DNA from: Myxococcota bacterium
GTDB taxonomy: Bacteria > Myxococcota_A > SURF-8
Reading direction: 5' to 3'
NCBI GenBank assembly: GCA_963674735.2
Contig: CAXXQS010000001.1
Coordinates: 608,001-672,000 of the forward strand
Length of the DNA stretch: 64,000 nucleotides
Made by a program: the position numbers and the translations under genes
Shown: positions 48,701 through 57,388 of the stretch, in pieces
Numbering within the stretch: position 1 is the first letter of the stretch
Layout: every line of letters starts with the position of its first letter
Notes under the pieces: model-generated
The model's input: only the letters and a program-made list of their open reading frames with translations
The model's database searches: none
What the model was told of the DNA's origin: nothing

Positions 48701-51700
48701 ACCACCAAACGATGTCATCGAGTACTACGATGAGCTTGCCGGTGGTTATGTGATGACATTCGACCTGAAACGCACCGGTGGTAGCGGCGGTCCTGAAGTC
48801 ACGTTTCTTCTGGATACGGATTACACGGGTGATCCGGAAGATGTGGTCAATCCCACTGCAGCTCGCTGGCAGATCGGTGTTATGGACGACCAACTGGTTC
48901 CGAAGTCCAAATTGTTCCACTCGGGGGATGCCGCATCCAATATCGAAGATTTCTCCCTGGTATCGGATCGTTGGTATCAAGTTATGATCTATGTTTATCA
49001 CATCGATGATGTGACGAACGGATCCGTGCATATGGCGCGTGGTTATGTGAATGGGCAGCGTTTGTGGGAGATTGATCTCTCAAGCGGCGTAACCGGAAAT
49101 GCCGCTGCCAACCTGAACTGGTTCGGTTTCATGCTGCATGATTCCGAGGTCGAAATCGACAACCTCATGGTTGCTCCGCTGCTCGATCCCGTGCAGGGGA
49201 CTGTCGATGTCGGAAACGGTCCGGAGACGCGTTGGACCTTTACGGATGATGACGCGAAGGATCTGGCTTCGCCTATTACCCCGGATTTCACGTTCAGCGA
49301 CATTACGGCGATTGGCGGTGAGGCTATCCAGGTGACGGTGGTTGAGCCTGATGCGGCCGATGGAAACAATGCGACCTATAAAGACCAGGGCAGTGCTTAT
49401 TTCTACTATGTCCTGGGGTTCGATAGTGAAGGAAATGTGAGTAATTACGTCCGAAATCCCGGCTTTGAAGGATTGAACGTCGATGTCTGGCAGGGAACCG
49501 GACCGGATGACGATCCGTTGCGTCCCTATTTCGACGAAACCGAGGGCGTGTTGGCCGAGGCTCTGGAAGGTCGTTGGCTGGGAACGATAGCGCTGCCTTT
49601 CAGCAAGTCCGTAACGATGATGGGCGTACAAAACATCCAAGCCCCATACGTAGCTGAAAGCATGATGCCGGGTAGTTCGATCCTGCGATTCCAGCGCTAT
49701 TTCAAGATCAACGATTATACCGATGGTTCGGTTTTCCCGGCGACTTTCACAGTCAACTTTGCCGATGCTTCGTCGAGTACGGCGGTTGGAATGGAGTTTG
49801 CGTCCGTGACGGATGGCTGGCTGATCGATACCGCTCGGATGCAGCTTGATCAGACCGATCAGGTGGCATCGCTTCAGGTGTTCTCGCAACCGTCGGGTGC
49901 GACCCCCAACTACGAATTATCTCTCGATCAAGCGCGTCTGGACGTGATTACCGGGCAGGCCATGTGGGCGGGGTATAATTACACCCAGATAGAATACAAT
50001 GCGGAGTTTTTGGGCGGGAAGTGCGATTTTGCCGAGTTGAAAGTCGACGACGGCGAGGGCGGTTGGAAATGGCCCGAAAGTGGAACGGTGACGGATAACT
50101 GGGTTTTCCAGACCGCCAACGAACGGCGTTTCTATCGTATCCGTTCTTGCGATGCAACCGGTGGCGAAGACGATAACTGCGGAGACTGGCGAGGAGGCCA
50201 TACCTGCAACAGCGACGCCGAATGTGTTGCGCTCAACAAGGATTATATCAAGTGTGTGGACTTTGACGGCCACAACTACTGTGCCCGCTGTGTCGATGCC
50301 GGTTGTTCGACGCCCCAGGATTGCGTGCCGGGCGTCGAGGTTTATTCGTCGGCCGTTCCGCCTGCGAACCCGTTGCTTGCGACCAAAAACACCGATTTCA
50401 GCACATTCCAGAATGCGGATCCCGATGGCAACGCTTTGGTGTTGGCTTGGGATAACGGTGCCGGAACACTTAAAAACTCGACGGGTACCGAATATCAAAT
50501 TCGAGGTTTATCGGCGGAAAACGCGGCCGAGTGCTCGTCCTGTAATCCTTACGAGGAAACCTGCAGTACTTCCGTGCGCGTAGAAAACTACTGGAATCCG
50601 ATTTCGGAATCGTTTACGGCCAATGCGTCGGAAGATGCCACGTGGTCGATGTTCGAAATCAATATGGTTAAGCGTAAAAGCGCGGGACGTATGCGTAATA
50701 CGGGATCCAACCCCAACAACCTCGATCCGCAGCGCTTCTACTGCTTCCAGGTACGGGCGCAAAACCATAACGCTCAGCCGACGGCCTGGACGGCTATCAG
50801 TAACGCGGTTCAACCTCCGGCACGCCCCGTGGTCGATCTGCTTTCGGTCAGCGTGAAATACGGGCAGAATCCGGCCGGTTACGATGCGGATAGTCCTTTC
50901 GCGATGTCGACCGATGGGTCGACCTACCAGGAAGTTTCCTTTGTCGTAACGGACCCCAACAATGTCGGGACATACAGCGATCTCGATGTCGTCGGATTCC
51001 GTGTTTTGCCACACGGCGATTATGACCTGACCTATATGAACGGCAACCTCTATTCCCATATGCAACGTGGCGATTTCCGGGCGATGTACACCGGAAGTCA
51101 TGATTTGCATGCAAGTAGTAGCTGGGAATTCCTGATCGAAGCGGGCAAGGAGAACATCAACGGAAACCAGGCGGTCGACCTGCTGGAGACCGGAGTCGAT
51201 GCCTCTTTCGCAGCCGAAGTCTCGGCGGGGAACCTGGTGAACGGGGTGCGCTTTACGTTCCGCTGGACTTTGGACGAGAACTACCCGAGCGGCTATGAAA
51301 CCGATCAGGATCAGGGTTTCATGATCAAGGTCGCCGATACCGAGGGCATCGTCACAGACTGGAACGTCAACGAAGTCGGTAGTTGTGAAAAGGTGTTCCA
51401 TACCTCCTATACGCCGCCCACTCCGGTATTGGCTTCGCACGGTTCGCCCACCGTTTGGATCAATTCCGTCGAACCGCAATTGGTGGTTCTTGGAAACCTC
51501 GATTACGATCGGCTCGATCATGTCAACCTGTCGACGGTCTGTGCGGCCTTTACGGACGATCAAGGCAACCCGGACCCGGTGTGTAACGAATGGGGACTGA
51601 CGGGTCCAAGGGCCGGTTGGTACAACTGCATCGATGCGGATGCCGATTCACGCGATGAAGTGGATTACCAGGTCGAAATCTGGAAGGGTGAGGTCTCGGA

Positions 51701-54047
51701 ATCGGCGGGTAGTGTTGTGTATGGGTGTAAGGATGGTGGCGGAAACCTCTTGGCTTCATCGCCTTGGTTTGAGGATATTGCGACCGAGCAGATCGAAGTC
51801 GGCGGAGTGATGCAAACGTTCTATGGCCTGCATCTCAACGATTCCGGAGCCAGCCAGAGCTTCGACTTCACCTTGCCGGGCGATGGCGCGTACTGCTGGC
51901 TTTCGCGAGCGCGCGACAATCACGACTATTCTCCGCTGGCGACTCCCGTCAATTCAACAGAGAAGACCTTCTTCGGTGTCGATACGGTTGCACCCGATTG
52001 GGAAACTCCGGCTACGGCGTTGACGGTAAAAGCGAAGACGGAAGAGGGATCGCAGTTTGATGTTCCCGATACGGAAGATAACTGGATGATCGAGAACGAT
52101 CTCAAGTTTTACTGGGATCCGGCTCGTCGCGACCCGCTGTCCGCGCCTCCGGCGGAAAACGAAACCGCCCCCATCGCCTATTACCACTACACGATCACGC
52201 CCCATCCGACGGATCGTAGTCAGGCGAATATGGCGGGTAATCTACAAAACGAAGGGCAGGCCCTTTTCGTTTATCCGCCTTCCGCCGAAACGTGGCAGCA
52301 GTTCCTGGCGGGAATCTACGAATTCCAGGTTACGGCGTTTGATGAAGCGGGCAACGAATCCGATGCTCTCGACTTCACCATCCGCATCGACTGGAAGAAC
52401 CTGAGTTCTCCCTGTCTGCATTCCACAACGCACCCGAACGAAACCTATGTCTATTGTAACGATGGCAGCTACGATGTCGGTGGGGAAGTGCCGGTTTACG
52501 ATCCGACGGCTCCCACCCCGATCATCCGCTTCATGGATCCGGTGGTGGCGAATAAAGATGCGTTTGTCGCCAACGATATTTGCTGCCAAGAATCGGGTGG
52601 ATGTAGCTGCAATGATGTCGTGACCGATTGCGACTGGGCGCTGGCTCATAGCGAGATCGTTGCCTACAGCTTTACCTTCAGGGAAGACACGGTTTCCCCT
52701 GATATCAACTACGAATGGGAAGACGATGCTCCGGCCGAAGGTGTGTGCGATGCCTACATGCGTTGCTACGATTCGCAGCAACCGGATAACTTTGACGACC
52801 GTTTCTCCTTTACCTTCCTGCCGTCGCGTTACCAGTTGGCCGATGGCTCTTACCTGGATTGTGGTGAGGACGATGTCGGAGATCCGTCGCCGTGGCGTTG
52901 TGTGCAGTATTTTGTGAGCAATGCCGATGGCGAGCAACAATCCGGCTCTTATTTCGTCAGCCTCTACGGCTGGTCGGAGATCGGATCGCGCACGGAATTG
53001 GCCAATTGGCAGTTCAATGTCTGCGGTTGCAACGAGGACAACTGCAAGAATGTCGGAGGGCGCAAGGATGACGGCCGGGCCATGGCCTTCTTCGATGGCG
53101 GCGAACTCGATATGACGGGTTCGGCCGGTGGCGAGGGCGGTTCCTCGGTGAATGTCGATCCTTTCTATCTGGACGAGAGTGAAGTCGCTAACGCGGATTA
53201 CGCCAAGTGTGTGGCTGACGAGGTGTGTCCGGATCTTGCCGACGCATTCAGCGGATCGAAAACGCGTGATAGTTATTACAAGAGTGAAACCTTTGCAACC
53301 TATCCGGTGGTGAACGTGGATTGGGACAGCGCGCAAGCCTATTGTGCCTGGGCCGAAAAACGCTTGCCGACCGAAATCGAATGGCTCTATGCCGCACAGC
53401 AAATTTTGGCGAGTCATCCCGATGGATTGGAAGCCAGCTTCCCCAGTGAGTTGATCGAGCGTGGTGATACCGATCCGGTCGATGCCGTGCACGGTCCCAT
53501 CTTAACGGGCAAATTGACCTTGCTGAATCTCTTCGACAACGTGTCGGAGTGGACATCGAGCTGGTGGTCGCCCGATTTGATGGTTCCCACTGCGGATGAG
53601 ATGGATATCGAAGCCATCCGGGCTCAGTGTCTGGCAAGTTGTGCGGCCGCTGCTGATGGCGAATCGGCCGAGCCGGTTGAGACCGAAGACACGGCGTTGT
53701 CGATGACGGGCCGCGAAACCGTGCAAACCGAGACCGAGCATTTGGCCGCCGAGAATCTGCAACTGGCCGATCCGGCTTGTGCGGCGGCCTGTCAGCGCAA
53801 AACGGTTCGCGGCGGTTCGTTTGAAGATGAATCGATCAGTCTGGATCTGCGCAAGGCTGTTTTGCCGGGCGATCAACAACCGAGCCTGGGCTTCCGCTGT
53901 GCCCGCGATGTCGGCGAAAATGATGAAGAGCTTAGCCGCGATGCGTCCATTGATTCGGATAGCGGTGTCGAGCCGATCGATCAGTCCGCGCAGGTTGAAC
54001 CGTCGATTGATACAACAAGCGTCGAGCGTGTTCACCTTCGGCGTTGA
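42777..54047 (+). CDS. Giant (3756 aa) secreted Cys-rich/Gly-rich mosaic surface protein with C-terminal FGE-fold domain
   Basis: Signal peptide (AWA|A); DDxxxGxxDCxDxxC motifs; Gly-rich block; beta-helix-like and Fn3-like segments; C-terminal EV.NA.Y / PVVNV.W..A..YC.W..KRLPTE.EW / NV.EW / RGGS / GFRCAR; GAGGTG RBS. Confidence 0.9.
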   Translation: MNSRDAKTGWLTWVVLLGLVLSMMIMGNAWAAGPCDPCVNTTQCGGGYDCWDYNSGGTATLVVPSGYNGFCMKSCLYYDAVAEKYKARSDSWCTSNAGYPSNECKYWVPYGSTVPQAKCLPNVAFVTIECTTGNPTYQDSCENDWRTDYCAIDEHCVPGTPQCKSDNEADAYDPETNPNPCSNGEDDDLDGYYDCLDSDCDGALNCAGNQCESCNDNADCSTGDLVSFVCHDDGYGKVCTQECDAFTCGPGATCKNVAGQDLCIPDVREYICAGQELRSVNYCNANLLVDVCDVDHICNELLGECELITALESVCNDGFDDNFNGLTDCDDLGCRDYPDCPSPEVVHPTLRSNHGGGIWHFTAADDGTEISDYHYNISEFIIDEGVTINVSPQKKLYIKANKITINGTIDADEAGMPGGKGSPTKDAGADGSSHHLGGNAGEQASANAGRMDPQALEYVMFAFEEDGATLPEEFYFELGGGFGTPGGQAELNLDDVPSYCSVGCDCGWTGSCSCNKGSGAVCSGGGGGGGTGGGYMTNGCQGNDAAPGFQPTSLTSVHCNGGDGGSGAEVTSSFSDYDRYGWLLMGSGGAGGGSGAGNGSGDGAPGGDGGGAVALEATEWIHLGANAVITANGGSGLFTGTASEPDVLDGAACENCDEATGEACTNYYFGGGCGGGSGSGSGGGILLAAPDVSLNDGASLSAKGGVGHNLNWWQMEIVIDLFFFVIELGYIVCEPTSGDISYDGAGGAGVVKVFDDDGVNDFCYGDGCADISGCGAANVAPQYHALQDLTVRVRYASDPDGPDVDTYPYVVDGIEYTGTTTLSVVPGGEYSFSAALTHSYLDGDQTRYSSFVEWSLDPYDPLTPEAPPKTTVRDYMITDESVVTLYVLAETYYLWDGSRSSEWSEPENWQLCAVDSVNCTPDSNGYPAFIAPCLLPGDINSHSVKVLTNDTEGGSSYASTLYITGDLYCKDMEIGHEANVMFAMDQPTAVELDECHDLVMPECDPGDEIVCFDNAFVCSGFGQCVNSCTEDWQCMLIQPNAVCDSNVCTIPLDQRCYGGEFSCVDSQCVNTCSSDSQCQAANPKYTCEGSTCVYNPASEGASNLTIGGTFVVRGDLGGESDDPIEGNVITVNGNTQLGPLEGQLGLAQLYLNNATIVANGNLVVTNRARIYRENAVGDTDAAIQVGGGLVDDPGTAQLEATLIDFRSQDYDAGLFRIQLAGADRNVQLESSFGPIIDEQISERNLGVLDVARGVLHIGGNTVTLSESLQVGAEGKVVLGASSSLRVIGNGDLATAKPIVLSDRGALSDAIVSDGGSLWVGPFNYNYAISVPAAHASVIDFGVNARVTLNEGTFFYIDNLEKCTGWDLDLDQAAYLVADQTRFEIDNDLTITSPGLLNVTDCEFNAGAGYQEFDPSNPVTCQSGEIQRPGDFTVTDPSSTCTEQTCSIDAATEIEFPGFAFSTMGEFEDIGGKLVPTSDGAEIGGNAAFDELRVNVDLVIPSGASPIFEDLVYVQNDGKLEVRPGGVLRFGNDAVMEVWGELDMRGTYVSDTDITYAMLSHRLDDETSTYTVNIELGGTIKASYAIFEYMGVTGLTVKDGATVDVTDNFSHCRFRYSYHPSSYRMLAIDNSQELIIDGARFISNVHPSSFGGLHNAAKQYDQGVLVFINERCDPDNVPMDNLDCVGGDNWDISGELYDQESYVGVRLERIYWTPGLSVSDYKAVVYDRYAPLNSEKSYILFGIENINNPTSTEYCIKDNLTDVILGSDYRLSAATCDANWGNKEFWGGGGGVMIEVPDRSSFQFAAKSRLVIENDVGGPLYTYPASDWVVSDATVGPTGDRTPSDPTAAAAVIATPQTIDPEDRNIGLAWGLLGDPGAGEDSTWDVKFAALRGVGPNSLGDMAGLPNHGHVLADVPSDFTPVKGFWDNFEMEYEGAPPWQYSPQCAWTRENSVLKGENPGQSGCAEGEYYSRILFKPPNDVIEYYDELAGGYVMTFDLKRTGGSGGPEVTFLLDTDYTGDPEDVVNPTAARWQIGVMDDQLVPKSKLFHSGDAASNIEDFSLVSDRWYQVMIYVYHIDDVTNGSVHMARGYVNGQRLWEIDLSSGVTGNAAANLNWFGFMLHDSEVEIDNLMVAPLLDPVQGTVDVGNGPETRWTFTDDDAKDLASPITPDFTFSDITAIGGEAIQVTVVEPDAADGNNATYKDQGSAYFYYVLGFDSEGNVSNYVRNPGFEGLNVDVWQGTGPDDDPLRPYFDETEGVLAEALEGRWLGTIALPFSKSVTMMGVQNIQAPYVAESMMPGSSILRFQRYFKINDYTDGSVFPATFTVNFADASSSTAVGMEFASVTDGWLIDTARMQLDQTDQVASLQVFSQPSGATPNYELSLDQARLDVITGQAMWAGYNYTQIEYNAEFLGGKCDFAELKVDDGEGGWKWPESGTVTDNWVFQTANERRFYRIRSCDATGGEDDNCGDWRGGHTCNSDAECVALNKDYIKCVDFDGHNYCARCVDAGCSTPQDCVPGVEVYSSAVPPANPLLATKNTDFSTFQNADPDGNALVLAWDNGAGTLKNSTGTEYQIRGLSAENAAECSSCNPYEETCSTSVRVENYWNPISESFTANASEDATWSMFEINMVKRKSAGRMRNTGSNPNNLDPQRFYCFQVRAQNHNAQPTAWTAISNAVQPPARPVVDLLSVSVKYGQNPAGYDADSPFAMSTDGSTYQEVSFVVTDPNNVGTYSDLDVVGFRVLPHGDYDLTYMNGNLYSHMQRGDFRAMYTGSHDLHASSSWEFLIEAGKENINGNQAVDLLETGVDASFAAEVSAGNLVNGVRFTFRWTLDENYPSGYETDQDQGFMIKVADTEGIVTDWNVNEVGSCEKVFHTSYTPPTPVLASHGSPTVWINSVEPQLVVLGNLDYDRLDHVNLSTVCAAFTDDQGNPDPVCNEWGLTGPRAGWYNCIDADADSRDEVDYQVEIWKGEVSESAGSVVYGCKDGGGNLLASSPWFEDIATEQIEVGGVMQTFYGLHLNDSGASQSFDFTLPGDGAYCWLSRARDNHDYSPLATPVNSTEKTFFGVDTVAPDWETPATALTVKAKTEEGSQFDVPDTEDNWMIENDLKFYWDPARRDPLSAPPAENETAPIAYYHYTITPHPTDRSQANMAGNLQNEGQALFVYPPSAETWQQFLAGIYEFQVTAFDEAGNESDALDFTIRIDWKNLSSPCLHSTTHPNETYVYCNDGSYDVGGEVPVYDPTAPTPIIRFMDPVVANKDAFVANDICCQESGGCSCNDVVTDCDWALAHSEIVAYSFTFREDTVSPDINYEWEDDAPAEGVCDAYMRCYDSQQPDNFDDRFSFTFLPSRYQLADGSYLDCGEDDVGDPSPWRCVQYFVSNADGEQQSGSYFVSLYGWSEIGSRTELANWQFNVCGCNEDNCKNVGGRKDDGRAMAFFDGGELDMTGSAGGEGGSSVNVDPFYLDESEVANADYAKCVADEVCPDLADAFSGSKTRDSYYKSETFATYPVVNVDWDSAQAYCAWAEKRLPTEIEWLYAAQQILASHPDGLEASFPSELIERGDTDPVDAVHGPILTGKLTLLNLFDNVSEWTSSWWSPDLMVPTADEMDIEAIRAQCLASCAAAADGESAEPVETEDTALSMTGRETVQTETEHLAAENLQLADPACAAACQRKTVRGGSFEDESISLDLRKAVLPGDQQPSLGFRCARDVGENDEELSRDASIDSDSGVEPIDQSAQVEPSIDTTSVERVHLRR

Positions 54048-54136
54048 GGTGGTGAGCGTTTGCTGATGATCTTGGGTTGGAGCCACGGGTAATAGACGCA
54101 ACCCCCATCGGGGGAGGGGCAAGGAAGGTGGTCCAC

Positions 54137-56383
54137 ATGAAGTCGTATCTCGGAAGCCATTGGGCGTCGCCCGGTCGCGTTGTTTTGCTTGTGATGCTTC
54201 TGATCGGAGCTTTTGTGATCCAAGCCTGCGGTGGCGGCGGTGCCGAGCCGGATGGCGACGAGGAAATCGACAATAAATGTGAGGAAGGCTATATCTACTC
54301 CAATGGCCGCTGCGTTCCCATCCCTACCGATGGTGATACGGATAGGGACAAAGACGCCTCCGATGGCGATGTGCCGGATGGAGACATCCCCGACGAAGAT
54401 CGCCCGGATGGCGACCTCGACGACGTGCCTACTGACGGTGACATCGAAGATCTGGAACCGGAAGACGAGCCCGAGTGGGAGACTCCCGATCAAAACCCCG
54501 AAGTCGTCGATGAATACGATGAAAGTCCCGTTTGTGTGACGAGTTTCGATTGTCTGGAAGGGGAGACGTGCATCGATGGGCGGTGCGTGGAAGACACCCC
54601 GGACGGCGATACCGATCCTGACTGGGACTGGGAACACGATGGGGAATTGGAGTATTGCGAATCGGGGCAAATTTCCTGTGCCAGCAATGATGATTGCCCA
54701 CCTTTCATTCTGTGCAATCCCGAAGATAACTGCTGTGACGAAAGCTATTATGTGACCTGTCAGGTGCATGAGCAGTGTCCGACAGGTTATCACTGTAACG
54801 GAATCGGTATCTGCGACTCTTTCTGCCTGTGGGACACGGCGTGTCCGCCGACATGGTGTTGCACCGATATCGGTTACTGCGTTCCCTTCCAGTTCTGTAA
54901 CGGTGGTGATGAAGAGGTCGAGGAAGAGATTCCCACCTGCAGCAGTTGTCAGGACTGCCTGAATCTTTTCGGTGAGGGGTATTTCTGCAACATCGATACG
55001 GCGACTTGTCAGCCGGGCGATTGCTGCGATGATTCGGATTGCGACCAGCAGGCGGGGGGATTGTGCAATCTCTATACCGGCACCTGCTTCTATCCCGGAG
55101 ACCAAAGTAACATCGGCTCCATCTCCGGTACGATAACGGCGGATGACAGCTATGAGGGTTTTGTGGGGCTGGCCGAAATGCAGGCGCGCAACCTGTTCGG
55201 GGACGTGCTCGGCAGAGGAGAAATCGGCGAAATATCCGAAATCGGTGGCGGCGTCATTGAGGCCGATTACACGATAGAAGGATTGTTTGAAGGCGATTAC
55301 TATGTTTACATCGCCCCCATTGATGCTCCGGAGGTGGAACCGGTTCCCTATTTTTACAACCCAGTTACCATCGACTACGATACATCGGAAAGCACCCATG
55401 TTGTGGGGATCGACTTCTACGCTGGGGTGGACAATCCGCAGTTAGCGGAAATCAGTGGAACGGTTTTCAATACGGAAGATTACTGGTACCGAAATTTCCG
55501 CGTGCAGCTTCATCGAGAAGTCAGCTTGAACGAGTTGGAACAGGTCGGGACCGTAAATGCCATCGGTGAAGATGGCCCCAGCTCGTTGGAGAGGGCTTTT
55601 TCGTTTATCAATGTCGAGGATGGTCTGTATTACCTCGAAACGCGCGTCACCATGCCCGGTGGTGAGGAACAAGATTATTGGTCGTCGCCGACCGTGATTG
55701 ACCTGCAAAACAATCCGATGCAACGGGTGACAGGTATCGAATTCTACTTCAGTTCCAGCAACGACGTGTTGGGAAGTCTGTCGGGTACGATTCGGTATGC
55801 CGATTGGTACGATGCCGAAGATTTCTCCGTCGAACTGTATCGCTATCCGAAAACCTATGCTGTCGCCCGCGCCGCGATCAGTAGCGCGAGCAAAGGTGAA
55901 CTGAGCTATAGCTTCGATAATATCGAAGGAGGCTTATACTGGATACGGGCCTTTGCTATGGTGGGGGATGTGGTTGTGGAAACGCGTCCGGCCAGTTCCA
56001 CCATTAATGTGATCGAAGGTGAAGAAAACGATTACACCGGACGTAACGTGTTCTTCGACGTGGTGCGCAGCGATTTGTGCTCGATTTCCGGCACCTTGTC
56101 TTTCCCCGACTCCATGGATGCCAATACCTTCCGGGTCAAGGTGTTCCAGGATGCGGCTTATACCCAATTATTGGTTGCCGATCCTGTTTTCGATGTGGAT
56201 CCCGAATTGAACGAAGCGAACTATTTTGTTGAAAACCTGGATTCGGGCACTTACTATCTGAAAGCGGAATCCGATGATGGAGTCGGAGGTGTTTCGGAGG
56301 TCGCCGCTTCAGGATCGGTTACCGTCGATGTTTCAAGCGGCCCGAAGGATGTTGGGGATGTGGATCTTGATTTCAACCCATAA
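54137..56383 (+). CDS. Cys-rich acidic lipoprotein with four C-terminal beta-sandwich repeats
   Basis: Lipobox IQAC; DGD repeats; CxxxxDC modules; four x(S/E)(I/L)SGT(I/V/L)...G.Y(Y/W) repeats. Confidence 0.85.
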   Translation: MKSYLGSHWASPGRVVLLVMLLIGAFVIQACGGGGAEPDGDEEIDNKCEEGYIYSNGRCVPIPTDGDTDRDKDASDGDVPDGDIPDEDRPDGDLDDVPTDGDIEDLEPEDEPEWETPDQNPEVVDEYDESPVCVTSFDCLEGETCIDGRCVEDTPDGDTDPDWDWEHDGELEYCESGQISCASNDDCPPFILCNPEDNCCDESYYVTCQVHEQCPTGYHCNGIGICDSFCLWDTACPPTWCCTDIGYCVPFQFCNGGDEEVEEEIPTCSSCQDCLNLFGEGYFCNIDTATCQPGDCCDDSDCDQQAGGLCNLYTGTCFYPGDQSNIGSISGTITADDSYEGFVGLAEMQARNLFGDVLGRGEIGEISEIGGGVIEADYTIEGLFEGDYYVYIAPIDAPEVEPVPYFYNPVTIDYDTSESTHVVGIDFYAGVDNPQLAEISGTVFNTEDYWYRNFRVQLHREVSLNELEQVGTVNAIGEDGPSSLERAFSFINVEDGLYYLETRVTMPGGEEQDYWSSPTVIDLQNNPMQRVTGIEFYFSSSNDVLGSLSGTIRYADWYDAEDFSVELYRYPKTYAVARAAISSASKGELSYSFDNIEGGLYWIRAFAMVGDVVVETRPASSTINVIEGEENDYTGRNVFFDVVRSDLCSISGTLSFPDSMDANTFRVKVFQDAAYTQLLVADPVFDVDPELNEANYFVENLDSGTYYLKAESDDGVGGVSEVAASGSVTVDVSSGPKDVGDVDLDFNP

Positions 56384-56419
56384 TCAAAGATGGGTTACCT
56401 GTCTGTTATGTGGAGGAGA

Positions 56420-57364
56420 ATGATGAAACGGACACGATTATTGGGGTTGGCGCTATCGGGGGTTCTTCTCATCTTGCTTGTGTCTTGCAGCAGCAACGAC
56501 TCGACTTCTCCCGACGGCGACGAAACCACGGAATGCCCGAGTGGTCAGGTTCTGGGACCGGACGGCAAATGTCATACTTTGCCGGATGGCGATGTGCCCG
56601 ATCCGAGTGACGGCGACCAGGATACGGATATCGAACCGGAAGACGATGATACGGATGTTGATACGGTCGATATCGATGGTGACAAGACCGATACCGACGG
56701 GGACACGGTCGATACCGACGGCGATACGGTCGATACCGACGGCGATGAAATCGAAAATGTCGATACCGACGGTGATGTCATCGATATAGATATTGATTCC
56801 TATGAAGGATCGGATAACAACCCCGACGGAGACGTCGATGAGGAAGATGCCGACGAAATAATGGGGACTTGTCAGGGGCCTTGCACCCAGGATGAGCAAT
56901 GCGGTTACGGCTGTTACTGTCAGACCGACACCTGTGGTCGCGAATGTTTCTCCGATTTCGATTGTGGGGGGCCGCGTCCTTGGTGCAATCCCGAACGTGG
57001 GCGTTGTGAAGTGATGCCGGCGGACGAAGAGGACGTTGAAGAGATTATCGTGAATTGCCCCGGAGGCACCGACGAGGAATGCTCGGTGGGCTACATTTGC
57101 ACATCGAACTTCTGTAATCTAGGTTGTACCCCGGGTGGGTGTCCTTTCGGCTTTACCTGTGATGATAGCGACCATCCGCGTTGTCAGATGGATAGCAGCA
57201 AGGCGGGACAGGCACTCAAGAATCTGACGCCTTGTCAGTCGGACAATATGTGCAAAAGTGGGCAAATTTGCGATTGGAACCGCTCCGTGTGCATTTCCGG
57301 TTGCCGCGACGATGCGGAATGTCCCCCCGAAGCGCCTGTCTGTAGCGAGGGAATCTGCTATTAG
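56420..57364 (+). CDS. Cys-rich acidic lipoprotein with DTDGDTV repeats
   Basis: GGAGGAG RBS; lipobox LVSC; Asp-rich linker; CxxDxxC modules. Confidence 0.85.
   Translation: MMKRTRLLGLALSGVLLILLVSCSSNDSTSPDGDETTECPSGQVLGPDGKCHTLPDGDVPDPSDGDQDTDIEPEDDDTDVDTVDIDGDKTDTDGDTVDTDGDTVDTDGDEIENVDTDGDVIDIDIDSYEGSDNNPDGDVDEEDADEIMGTCQGPCTQDEQCGYGCYCQTDTCGRECFSDFDCGGPRPWCNPERGRCEVMPADEEDVEEIIVNCPGGTDEECSVGYICTSNFCNLGCTPGGCPFGFTCDDSDHPRCQMDSSKAGQALKNLTPCQSDNMCKSGQICDWNRSVCISGCRDDAECPPEAPVCSEGICY
56660..56776 (+). repeat. Imperfect 21-bp coding tandem repeat
   Basis: GATACCGACGG(G/C)GA(C/T)ACGGTC units at 56690 and 56711, partial units at 56732 and 56762, degenerate unit at 56669. Confidence 0.8.
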
Positions 57365-57388
57365 TTCCGATAACGATCCGTAAACACC

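Noticed and set aside
56660-56776. CRISPR array
   Set aside because: In-frame coding tandem repeats without unique spacers; no cas genes.
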